NCBI GenBank assembly: GCA_963808505.1 | Contig: CAWEFZ010000004.1 | Coordinates: forward strand, 507,058 to 571,057 | Source of the DNA: an uncultured Alphaproteobacteria bacterium | GTDB taxonomy: Bacteria; Pseudomonadota; Alphaproteobacteria; Rhizobiales; Rhodomicrobiaceae | Direction of reading: 5' to 3' | DNA: 64,000 nucleotides | In this document: positions 37,192-46,036 of the stretch, piece by piece | Numbering within the stretch: position 1 is the stretch's first letter | Layout of the letters: each line of letters begins with the position of its first letter | Position numbers and translations under genes: made by a program | Notes under the pieces: generated by a model | The model's database searches: none | Told to the model about the DNA's origin: nothing | What the model saw: only the letters and a program-made list of their open reading frames with translations

Positions 37192-38118
37192 CTAAGCGCG
37201 CTTTTGGGCCAGCAGCCCGCGATGGATGACCTCGAACTGATCCATGGACTTGTACCGGATGATGACCTCTCCCGCCTCGCCGCGGCCGGGATTGATGACA
37301 ACGGTCAGCCCTAACGCATCGGTCATTTCGCGCTCGGCGGCGCGCGTATCGGGATCTTTCTGAGGGGCCGCCGTCTTGGACCCGCCGGATTTCGGCCCCG
37401 CCGGCTTGCGTCCCATGACGAGCGCTTCCACGTCGCGGACGTTGAGCCCCTTCTTCACGATGTCCTGCGCAACGGCCTCGGCGTCGTCATGCCCGATCAG
37501 GGCGCGCGCATGACCCGCGCTGAGCGAACCGTCGCGCACGAGCCCCTGCACGGCATCGGGCAGCTTCAGCAGCCGCATCGTATTGGCGAGATGGCTCCGG
37601 CTCTTGCCGATGATCCCGGCCAGTTCCTCCTGCGTGTAGCCGAAGCGCTCGACGAGCTCCTTATACCCGCCCGCCTCTTCGATGGCGTTGAGGTCGGTGC
37701 GCTGGACGTTCTCGATGATGGCGAGTTCGAGCGCTTCTTGGTCCGACAGCGAGCGCACGATGACGGGAACGAGATGCATCGAGGCCTTCTGGGCCGCGCG
37801 CCAGCGCCGTTCGCCGGCCACGATCTCGTAATTCGTGCCGGTGGCGTCGGCGGGCCGGACGATAAGCGGCTGGACCAGCCCCTTCTCCCGGATCGACGTG
37901 GCAAGCTCGTCGAGATCGGCGTCGTTGAAGTTCTTGCGCGGGTTCAGCGGGCTCGGCCGGACGCGGTCGATGGGAACCATCCGGCTTTCGCCGTTCGCCG
38001 GAATGACGCGCCCGCCAACCGGGAGGTTTTCGCCGATGAGAGAGGCAAGGCCGCGGCCGAGCCGGCTCTTTTGAACGGGCGATGGCCCTGTCGCTAAAGC
38101 GCCCGATCTAGTCTGCAT
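37192..38118 (-). CDS. parB: Chromosome partitioning protein ParB
   Basis: LGRGLASLIG and PLNPRKNF. GLVQPLIVRP...YEIVAGERRWRAA and the HTH ELAGIIGKSRSHLANTMRLLKLP are also present. Confidence 0.95.
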   Translation of the reverse strand: MQTRSGALATGPSPVQKSRLGRGLASLIGENLPVGGRVIPANGESRMVPIDRVRPSPLNPRKNFNDADLDELATSIREKGLVQPLIVRPADATGTNYEIVAGERRWRAAQKASMHLVPVIVRSLSDQEALELAIIENVQRTDLNAIEEAGGYKELVERFGYTQEELAGIIGKSRSHLANTMRLLKLPDAVQGLVRDGSLSAGHARALIGHDDAEAVAQDIVKKGLNVRDVEALVMGRKPAGPKSGGSKTAAPQKDPDTRAAEREMTDALGLTVVINPGRGEAGEVIIRYKSMDQFEVIHRGLLAQKRA

Positions 38119-38229
38119 GTCGATCTCCCGTCGAAGAGAAAAGTGCTCAAATGTCTTTGCCGCCCCTGAAGGCAGCCGCCCACGACATACTCACCACGCC
38201 AACCTGGCTTCGGGCGCCGGGCCAAGCCC

Positions 38230-39063
38230 TTACGCCGCCTGAGCCGCCGCCGCGCGCTCGCGATTGATCATCTCCGCGGCGAGGTCCATATAGGCGCGGC
38301 TGCCCGCGCTCTTGTGATCGTAAAGAAGCAGCGGCTTGCCATGCGACGGCGCCTCCGCGATCCGGACGTTACGCGGAATGATCGTGTCGTAAACCTTTTC
38401 GCCGAAGAAGGCGCGAACCTCCCTGGCCACTTCGTCCGAAAGCTTCGTCCGCCCGTCGTGCATGGTCAGAACCACGCCATGGATCTCAAGAGAAGGATTG
38501 AGGCTCGACCGCACGAACTCGATGGTCTCCCGCAATTGGGTGATCCCTTCGAGCGCGAAAAATTCGCATTGAACCGGCACCAGCGCCGCATCCGCCGCCG
38601 CAAGCGCGTTCAGGGTCAGGATGCTGAGCGAAGGCGGGCAATCGATCAGCACATAGTCGAGGCGGTCGGCTTCCTTGCGGTCGAGTTCGGACGCACGCAG
38701 CGAAGCGATCGCATCCCGCAGGAAGTAGGCCCGGTTCGGCGCCGCGGCGATTTCGGGCTCAAGGCCCGCCAGGTCTCGCGTGGACGGCGCCACGAACAGG
38801 CCCGGTACGGCCGCCGGCGTCATCGCCTGCTCCAGCGCGGCCGCGCCGGCCAGCACGTCGTAAGTGGAGACGTGGCGCGCTTCCTCGGGCACGCCGAGGC
38901 CGGTGCTCGCATTGCCCTGCGGATCGAGATCGATCACGAGCACCCGTTCGCCGACCGACGCCAATGCCGTTCCCAGATTGATCGCTGTCGTGGTCTTGCC
39001 CACGCCGCCCTTCTGATTGGCGATGGCAAACACCCGAAGGCCCTTTTGCTTTGTCTTTGTCAC
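38230..39063 (-). CDS. parA: Chromosome partitioning ATPase ParA (Soj)
   Basis: Deviant Walker A motif NQKGGVGKTTTAINL, VIDLDPQGNAS and the ParA box. It overlaps rsmG by 4 nt. Confidence 0.95.
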   Translation of the reverse strand: MTKTKQKGLRVFAIANQKGGVGKTTTAINLGTALASVGERVLVIDLDPQGNASTGLGVPEEARHVSTYDVLAGAAALEQAMTPAAVPGLFVAPSTRDLAGLEPEIAAAPNRAYFLRDAIASLRASELDRKEADRLDYVLIDCPPSLSILTLNALAAADAALVPVQCEFFALEGITQLRETIEFVRSSLNPSLEIHGVVLTMHDGRTKLSDEVAREVRAFFGEKVYDTIIPRNVRIAEAPSHGKPLLLYDHKSAGSRAYMDLAAEMINRERAAAAQAA

Positions 39064-39710
39064 TGCTCGCCACCCTGTCTAAGCATCGGCTTCCCGATTT
39101 CCAAGATACAGCCTTGCGCATCGCTGACGCTGGCGTGGGTCGCAAGATCGAAGGCCCATCGCGCCCGGGCGCCGGCGATTTCTACTTCGGCCTCGCGGCC
39201 TTTCAGAAACAACCCAACGGACGCAGAACCGAAGAACGGCAGGGCGAGCTCCAAGAGAGCATCCAGCGGCGCCAGCGCCCTAGCCGTCACCACGTCGGCG
39301 GCGGGGATCGCCCCGCTTTCGGCGGCCTCGGCGATGCGCATCGCGTGCACGCGGGCGGACGCCCCAGTCTGCCGCGCGACCTCGGAGAGGAACGCGCATT
39401 TGCGGCTGTTGCTCTCGATAAGGTGCACTGAACACTCTTTCTGATTCGCGAGCATAATAGCAATCGCAAGCCCGGGGAAACCTCCGCCCGATCCGAGGTC
39501 GATCCAGGTTTTTGCGTGCGGCGCCAAGGCGATAAGCTGCGCGGAGTCGGCGAAATGCCTGCGCCAAACCTGTGGAAGAGTTGTGGGCGATACGAGGTTG
39601 ACCGCCTTCTGCCATTGCTGGAGCAGGCGCGCGTAAAGCTCAAGCCGCTCCAGTGTTTCATGTGAAACGGAGAAGGCTCTCGCGAAGTCTGCGGCGTTCT
39701 CGATTTTCAT
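39060..39710 (-). CDS. rsmG: 16S rRNA (guanine527-N7)-methyltransferase RsmG (GidB)
   Basis: WIDLGSGGGFPGLAIAI and HLIESNSRKCAFL motifs. The mnmG-rsmG-parA-parB synteny supports the call. Confidence 0.95.
   Translation of the reverse strand: MKIENAADFARAFSVSHETLERLELYARLLQQWQKAVNLVSPTTLPQVWRRHFADSAQLIALAPHAKTWIDLGSGGGFPGLAIAIMLANQKECSVHLIESNSRKCAFLSEVARQTGASARVHAMRIAEAAESGAIPAADVVTARALAPLDALLELALPFFGSASVGLFLKGREAEVEIAGARARWAFDLATHASVSDAQGCILEIGKPMLRQGGEQ
39654..39669. promoter_or_regulatory. parS-like site TGTTTCATGTGAAACG (inside the 5' end of rsmG)
   Basis: Matches 14 of 16 positions of the chromosomal parS consensus TGTTNCACGTGAAACA. Confidence 0.6.
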
Positions 39711-39905
39711 GGCCTCTATACGGCTCGTTCGGCTTTTCTTCCTCTCCGTTCCAGCATGCGTGCTTCGCGGCGTCTTGTGAATCCCAAATCGGCGGCGCGC
39801 GGTTCCTCGCGCTCAAGACGAGGAACGCCGGTTGAACAGACTTGGCCGAACCTCCTCTCCCACAGGGAGAGGGAGCCGCCGCGACCGGAGGCGTTCGCGC
39901 TTCCG

Positions 39906-39921
39906 CGTTTCACGTGAAACG
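39906..39921. promoter_or_regulatory. parS site CGTTTCACGTGAAACG
   Basis: A perfect 14-bp palindromic core, GTTTCACGTGAAAC, of the parS consensus. It lies about 200 bp upstream of rsmG. Confidence 0.75.
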
Positions 39922-40075
39922 CCAACTCGAACGGATGGGAAACGGAAGCGGACGCCGTTCGCGTTCTTAACTCCTTGCTTAGTTTTCCGGCTGGCGCCGC
40001 ATCCACTCACCCTGTCCCCAAGGGAGAGGAAGTCCGCCTCTTGCCGCCCCTTCGCCGCAGCCTTATTCTTGAAGC

Positions 40076-40639
40076 ATGAACGCGCTCGCACAGCCAAAGA
40101 TGACGGTCGATGAATTCCTCGCCTGGGCCGATGGCCGCGAGGGCCGCTGGGAGCTGCGCGACGGCGTGCCGGTCGCGATGTCGCCCGAGCGCGTGATCCA
40201 TGGCGCAACGAAATTCTCAGCCGGGACGGCGCTGCGGGATGCGCTACAAGCGGCCAGTCTATCTTGCGAAACCTTCGTCGATTGCCTCGCGGTCCGCGTC
40301 GATCAGCACAAAACCTTCCAGCCGGATGTGGTTGTCAATTGCGGCGAGCGCCTCGGACCGGACGTGATGGAGGCGCCCAACCCCGTTATCGTGGTGGAAA
40401 TCCTGTCTCCCTCGACGCGCGCCCGCGATCTGGGTCTGAAGGTCCGGCGCTATTTCGATCTGCCGAGCATCCACCATTATCTCATCCTCGATGCGGACAG
40501 CCGTTCCGTCATCCATCACGCGCGGGGCACGGGCGATGCACTCGTTACTCGCATCGTCAGCGAGGGCGTCCTGCGGTTCGACCCGCCGGGGTTCGCCGTC
40601 GAGGCGCGGTCGCTCTTCCCCGAGCCTTACGAGGGATAG
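40076..40639 (+). CDS. Uma2-family (DUF820) putative endonuclease
   Basis: MTVDEFLAW...WELRDG, PDVVV...PVIVVEILSPSTRARDLGLKVRRYFDLPSIHHYLILD shows the PD-(D/E)xK Uma2 pattern. Confidence 0.85.
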   Translation: MNALAQPKMTVDEFLAWADGREGRWELRDGVPVAMSPERVIHGATKFSAGTALRDALQAASLSCETFVDCLAVRVDQHKTFQPDVVVNCGERLGPDVMEAPNPVIVVEILSPSTRARDLGLKVRRYFDLPSIHHYLILDADSRSVIHHARGTGDALVTRIVSEGVLRFDPPGFAVEARSLFPEPYEG

Positions 40640-40644
40640 GTCTT

Positions 40645-40804
40645 CGCCCCTCACCCCAGCCCTCTCCCATGCAAGCTCGCCTTGGCGAACTTGCTGCGTT
40701 GGAGTGTCCGCATTCGCAAGCGAATGCGGATCGGAGAGGGAGTCCCGTCGAAGCCGTCGAACTGGCGTACCCTCTCCCAGGGGGAGAGGGACAGGGTGAG
40801 GGGC
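40645..40804. repeat. Composite REP-like element, family C (CCCTCTCCC-N4-GGAGAGGG / CAGGGTGAGGGG units)
   Basis: Nested palindromes. The 34-mer CCCTCTCCCAGGGGGAGAGGGACAGGGTGAGGGG at 40770-40803 is identical to 54089-54122. Related units lie at about 39853-39880, 40005-40050 and 48970-49000. Confidence 0.8.
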
Positions 40805-40812
40805 TGCGCCGC

Positions 40813-42679
40813 TCAGGCCGCGCGGGTCGTCTTGCGGATGTGCGCGAGGAGCAGCATCAACGCGGCCGGCGTCATGCCGTCGATGCGGGCGGCCTGCGCG
40901 AGCGTGGCGGGGCGGTGGCGTTCGAGCTTCTGGCGAACCTCGTTCGACAGGCCGGCGATGGCGGCGAAGTCGGTCGAAGGCGGGATGGCGGCGGCCTCGT
41001 CCTTCTTGAAGGCGACGATGCTGGCCTCCTGGCGGTCGAGGTAAACCGCATAGCGCGCGTCCACCTGAAGGCGCTCGACGGACGGCGCGGGGATCGCCGA
41101 CAGCTCCGGCCAGATCGCCGCGAGCCCGCTCACCGACAGGCCCGGCAGCGCGAGAAGGTCGAAGGCGGAGCGGCGGCGGCCGTCGCGGTTGAGCGCGATC
41201 CCGTATCCGGCCGCCTGGTCCGGCGTCAGCGACAAGCTCTCCAGCAGGCGGCGGGCGCCGGCCAGCGCGTCAGCCTTCGCTGTGTAAGACCGCAGCCGCT
41301 CGCCGCCCACGCAGCCGATGCGCGCGCCGGCTGGCGTCAGCCGCTCGTCGGCGTTGTCGGCGCGGAGCCGCAGGCGATATTCGGCGCGGCTCGTAAACAT
41401 GCGGTAGGGCTCGGAGACGCCGCGCGTCACGAGGTCGTCGATCATCACGCCGATATACGCGTCCGTGCGCGAGATGACGAAATCGGCCAGCCGCCCGCCC
41501 GCCTTCAGCGCCGCGTTCACGCCCGCGACGAGCCCCTGCCCCGCCGCCTCCTCGTACCCCGTCGTGCCGTTGATCTGCCCCGCGAGGAACAGGCCGGGCA
41601 GACGCTTCGCCTCCAGCGTCGGCGCCAATTCACGGGGATCGACGTAATCGTATTCGATGGCGTAGCCGGGCCGGACGATCGCGGCGTTCTCCAGCCCCGG
41701 GATCGTCTTCAGGAAGGCCCGCTGCACATCCTCGGGCAGCGAGGTGGAGATGCCATTCGGATAGACGGTGGGATCGTCCAGGCCCTCCGGCTCCAGGAAG
41801 ATTCTGATGGCTGCCGCGATCCTTGAAGCGGACCACCTTGTCCTCGATGGACGGGCAGTAGCGCGGGCCGATGCTCTCGATCTGCCCGGAGTACATCGGC
41901 GCGCGATGGATGTTGGCCGCGATGATCGCGTGCGTCTCGCGCGTCGTCGCCGTGATGTGGCAGGCGATCTGGGGCGTCGTTATGCGCTCGCTCAAGAAGG
42001 AGAAGGGAACCGGCGGCTCGTCGCCCGGCTGCGCTTGAAGCCGCGCGTAGTCTATGGCGCCGCCATCGAGCCTAGGGGGCGTGCCGGTCTTGAGCCGCCC
42101 CATGCGAAGGCCGAGCGCATAGAGCCGGTCGCTCAGCCGGATCGCGGGCGCCTCGCCCACGCGCCCCGCCGGGATGCGCGTCTCGCCCATGTGGATCACG
42201 CCCTTCAGGAACGTGCCCGTGGCGATGACCACCGCGCCGCAGCGCAGCGCGCGCCCGCTCGCCGTGACCACGCCCAGGGCGGCGCCGCCCGCGACGATCA
42301 AGTCCTCCACCGGCTCCTCGATCACCTCAAGGCCCGGCTGCGCGGCGATGGCCTCCTGCATATGGCGCCGGTAAAGCTTGCGGTCCGCCTGCGCGCGCGG
42401 CCCCTGGACGGCCGGCCCCTTGGAGCGGTTCAGCATGCGGAACTGGATACCGGCCCGGTCGATCACGCGGCCCATCAGCCCGTCGAGCGCATCGGCCTCG
42501 CGCACGAGGTGGCCCTTGCCGAGACCGCCGATGGCCGGGTTGCACGACATCTCGCCGATGGTCGCGCAGGCGTGCGTGACAAGCGCCGTGCGGGCGCCCA
42601 TGCGCGCCGCCGCCGCCGCCGCCTCGCAGCCCGCGTGTCCGCCTCCCACAACGACGACGTCGAATGCTCGTCCGCTCAT
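40813..42679 (-). pseudogene. mnmG: tRNA uridine 5-carboxymethylaminomethyl modification enzyme MnmG (GidA), split by a +1 frameshift at about 41802-41803
   Basis: The N-terminal ORF ([14 protein letters not shown] ... [15 protein letters not shown]) is 41630-42679 and the C-terminal ORF ([16 protein letters not shown]...) is 40813-41727. Removing one A from CAG-AAT-CTT restores [29 protein letters not shown]. Confidence 0.9.
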
Positions 42680-42784
42680 GTCCTCAAACTCTCAAAGCTC
42701 TCGCGGAAGATAGGCGAGCGCGCGCGCCTGGAAAAGGCGGCACAAGTAAAGCAGGCTCTGCCGGGCTCGCCCAGCCTCTCAGTT

Positions 42785-42880
42785 GTCATCCCGGAAAGGC
42801 GAAGCCAATCCGGGATCGTAACAATGCGATACGCTCGCCTCTTTGCGATCCCGGCTCGCGCTTCGCTTGGCCGGCATGAC
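42785..42880. repeat. ~95-bp palindromic MITE/REP-like unit, family A
   Basis: GTCATCCCGGAAAGGCGAAGCCAATCCGGGATCG...GCGATCCCGGCTCGCGCTTCGCTTGGCCGGCATGAC. It is a sister copy of 22128-22220. Confidence 0.75.
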
Positions 42881-43215
42881 GATCCAGATACCGCAAGCCG
42901 ATGTCATAAAGATAGGTTACAATCGGCGTCTTGGTGAACGGGACGAGGATTGCGATGTCGAACCCGAGATTCAGCGCAAGCCGATAGAGGCCAAGCGCGA
43001 GCCCGGTCCATGCGGAGGGTCTCGCCTTGCGGAATGCGAGGACGAGCAGAAACGCCGCGAAACCGCCGCCCGCGTCGGCCATCGATGACTCGAAAAGCGG
43101 TTGCGAAATGAGGAGCTGTCCGCTTCTGTCGAAAAAACAGGAACGACAGGGTAAATGGGATAAGCCAGGACAAAATGCCCAGGCCGGCGGCGCGAACTGT
43201 GACAATTTTTTCCAT
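42786..43215 (-). pseudogene. Small (3-4 TM) membrane protein gene, apparently frameshifted in a T6 run; its 3' end is read out of the family-A repeat
   Basis: ORF 42904-43215 (MEKIVTVRAAGLGILSWLIPFTLSFLFF...) and ORF 42786-43238 (...DRSGQLLISQPLFESSMADAGGGFAAFLLVLAF...) join seamlessly if the run 43132-43137 has 5 bases rather than 6. Confidence 0.4.
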
Positions 43216-43303
43216 GCTTCCCGCCTAGCGCAAGTCAACGGCGGGGATTAGTTCCCGGACGACAGTTTCACCAACTCTCGAACCTTGAGGGAAGGAGCCA
43301 TGA

Positions 43304-44308
43304 ATGCAAGCGCGTGACGTCATGACGACCGATGTGGCTTTTGTTAAGCCGGAAACGCCGATCCAGAAAATCGCCGAGCTGCTTCTTGAGAGAAAGATCA
43401 GCGCCGTGCCCGTCGTGGACGCAAGCGGCGCGGTTGTCGGCATGGTGAGCGAGGGCGACTTGCTGGGCGCCAATTCGGCCGAGCGCGAGAAGCGGCGCGA
43501 ATGGTGGCTTGAACTCCTGGCGGAGGGCGAGCCCTTGAGCGGCGATTTCCTGGCGAGCATGCAGAATACGCACCGCACCGCCCGGGACATCATGACGGCG
43601 CCGGTCATGACGGTGAGCGAGGACACCGACCTGACCGAGATCGGGAAGCTTCTAACCTCGCTGCAGATCAAGCGCGTTCCGGTGCTGCGGGAGGGCCGGC
43701 TTAGAGGCATCGTCAGCCGGGCCGACCTCATCCGCGTGTTTGCGAAGCTGCGCCCGACGCGCCCCCAAGGCGAAGGATTGTTCGGGTGGTCGCTCCATTT
43801 CGATCCGTTCGGCCCGCATAACGAGGCGCCGACCGAGACGGCCGAAGAAAAAGCGCCTGCTGACGAACCGGGTCTCTCGGCCACGGATTTCCGCCATCTC
43901 GTCGCCGACGCCGCATCGAAGAAAGCGCGTCAGCAGGAGATCGCCCGCCAGGCGGAGGAGGAGGCGCGCAGCTCCACGATCAAGGAGCTGGTCGACCACC
44001 ATGTCACCGACGACCGTTGGCGCGCCATCCTCCATCAAGCGCGGGCGGCGGCGGAACGCGGCGAGCGCGAACTGCTGATTTTCCAGTTCCCCGCTCAGCT
44101 TTGCAGCGATGGGGGCAGGGCGATCAACGTCGCCGAGCCGGACTGGCCCGCCACGCTGCGCGGAGAGGCGGCGGAAACCTATCTGCGGTACGAGCACGAT
44201 CTGAAGCCGCGCGGGTTTCAGCTGATCGCCAAGGTGCTCAATTTCCCCGCGGGCTATATCGGCGATATCGGCCTGTTCCTGCATTGGGGCGGCGTCAAGG
44301 AGACCTAA
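43304..44308 (+). CDS. CBS-pair domain protein with a ~180-aa C-terminal domain of unknown function
   Basis: There are two CBS motifs, DVMTTDVAFVKPETPI...ISAVPVVD and DIMTAPVMTVSEDTDL...IKRVPVL. Confidence 0.85.
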   Translation: MQARDVMTTDVAFVKPETPIQKIAELLLERKISAVPVVDASGAVVGMVSEGDLLGANSAEREKRREWWLELLAEGEPLSGDFLASMQNTHRTARDIMTAPVMTVSEDTDLTEIGKLLTSLQIKRVPVLREGRLRGIVSRADLIRVFAKLRPTRPQGEGLFGWSLHFDPFGPHNEAPTETAEEKAPADEPGLSATDFRHLVADAASKKARQQEIARQAEEEARSSTIKELVDHHVTDDRWRAILHQARAAAERGERELLIFQFPAQLCSDGGRAINVAEPDWPATLRGEAAETYLRYEHDLKPRGFQLIAKVLNFPAGYIGDIGLFLHWGGVKET

Positions 44309-44361
44309 CCCGACTCCGCCGATTTGCGCACCGCATCGCCATCCCGGCTATCGGCGCGCGC

Positions 44362-44478
44362 CGTCATCCCGGTCAAGCGAAGCGCGAGCCGGGATCGTAA
44401 AAAAATCAGCGCTGCGATTTATTACGGTCCCGGATAAGGCTTCGCCTTTCCGGGAAGACGAACAAGGGGCATCCGTTA
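44362..44478 (+). repeat. Composite REP-like element, family A
   Basis: A sister copy of 19018-19156. Confidence 0.75.
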
Positions 44479-44491
44479 TGCCCTAACAAAA

Positions 44492-44507
44492 TGTTTCATG
44501 TGAAACA
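44492..44507. promoter_or_regulatory. parS-like site TGTTTCATGTGAAACA
   Basis: Matches 15 of 16 positions of TGTTNCACGTGAAACA and lies just downstream of mnmE. Confidence 0.65.
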
Positions 44508-44538
44508 TGCCGGCGGCGGGGCGCTCTTGTCCGCCCCG

Positions 44539-45901
44539 CTATTTCCCGACGCAGAACTCGGAGAAAATCTGGGCGAGCACATCCTCCACGTCGAGCCGGC
44601 CGGTGAGCCCGGCCGAGCGCGTCGGACGCATCGCGCAGATGCTCGGCGGCAAGCTCCGTTTCATGGCCAGCCGCCGCGCTCTCAAGAAAGGCCTTCAGCG
44701 CCGACCGCGCCCGCTCGATCTCCTGACGGTGGCGCGCGCGGGTGATCAGCGGCGTGTCGCCCGAACCGTAAATCTCCTCGGCGATACGAACGAGCGCGGT
44801 CTTGAGCGCGTCCAGCCCGTGGCCCGTCTTGGCGGAGATCGCAAGCGCGCTGTGCGGCGGCGAAGCCCCCGGCGCGAGATCGATCTTGTTGACGAGGGTC
44901 AGCGTGATCCGCGCCTTCCCCGCGCGCGCCTCATCCTGTCCTTCTTCCTTCGTCAAAAGTTCCGCGGCCGCTCCTTGCGTCCGTGGCGCGGACGCATCCT
45001 GCATGAGAAGAACGATATCCGCGTCCCTGGCGCTGGCGAGCGCGCGGCGGATGCCTTCCCGCTCGACAGGGCTTTCCGTCTCCCGAAGGCCGGCGGTATC
45101 GCGCAGGATGAAAGGGAAGCCGTCGAGATCGAGCGCGATTTCGATGACATCGCGGGTCGTTCCCGGCTCGTGAAAGACGATCGCCGCCTCCCGGCCCGCA
45201 AGCGCATTCAGGAGGCTCGACTTGCCGGCATTGGGCGCGCCAAGGATCGCCACCTGGACGCCTTCGCGGACGATCTCGCCACGGCGGCCATCGGCCAGCG
45301 CGCGCTCCAGCTCCCCAAGCAGGCCGCGCGCCTGGGGCAGGGCTTCCCGGAACGCGTTTTCGGCGATGCCCTCCTCGTCCGAAAAATCGAGGCTGGCTTC
45401 GACGTAGGCCATGGCGCGCAACAGCGTGGTGCGCCAAAGCTCGTAGTGGCCGCGCAGCGCGCCGCAATGCTGCGCGAGCGCCTGCCTGCGCTGGCAAGCC
45501 GTTTCGGCATTGAGAAGGTCGGCGAGGCCCTCCGCCTCGGTCAGATCGATCTTGCCATTGCCAAAAGCCCGTCTCGTAAATTCGCCCGGCTCGGCAAGGC
45601 GCAACCCGGCGGCGGCCAGCGCATCCAGCACCCCGGCTATGACCGCGCGCCCGCCATGGACATGGAGTTCGGCCATGTCCTCGCCCGTGAAGTTCGCCGG
45701 CCCCGGCAGCCAAAGCACAAGCGCTTCATCGAGGACCTCGGCGGTCTTGGGATGACGCAACCGCCGGAAACTCGCCATGCGCGGCGCCGGCAGCCTCCCA
45801 TGGCACAAGGCGTCGAGCGTGCTTCTCGCGGCTCTGCCTGAAATCCGGATGACGGCGATGCCGCCACGCCCCGGTGCGCTGGAGAGGGCAAATACGGTCA
45901 T
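44539..45901 (-). CDS. mnmE: tRNA modification GTPase MnmE (TrmE); a +1 frameshift at about 44608-44610 displaces the last 22 codons
   Basis: N-terminal GGIAVIRISG and the G-domain AILGAPNAGKSSLLNAL...DTAGLR. Removing one G from GGC-CGG-GCT restores [26 protein letters not shown]-stop (stop at 44539-44541). The as-read ORF runs on to 44483. Confidence 0.9.
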
Positions 45902-46036
45902 GACGGCGGTTTCCTAAGCCGTAAACCTGGACGATAAGTTCCAGGGTACATATGCCGAAAAAGCGTATATTTGTAGTGACGGCCTGTCGAGCTTCCGGCG
46001 CGCCCAATCGAGCAAATTGGTGAACAAGGTTGCCTC

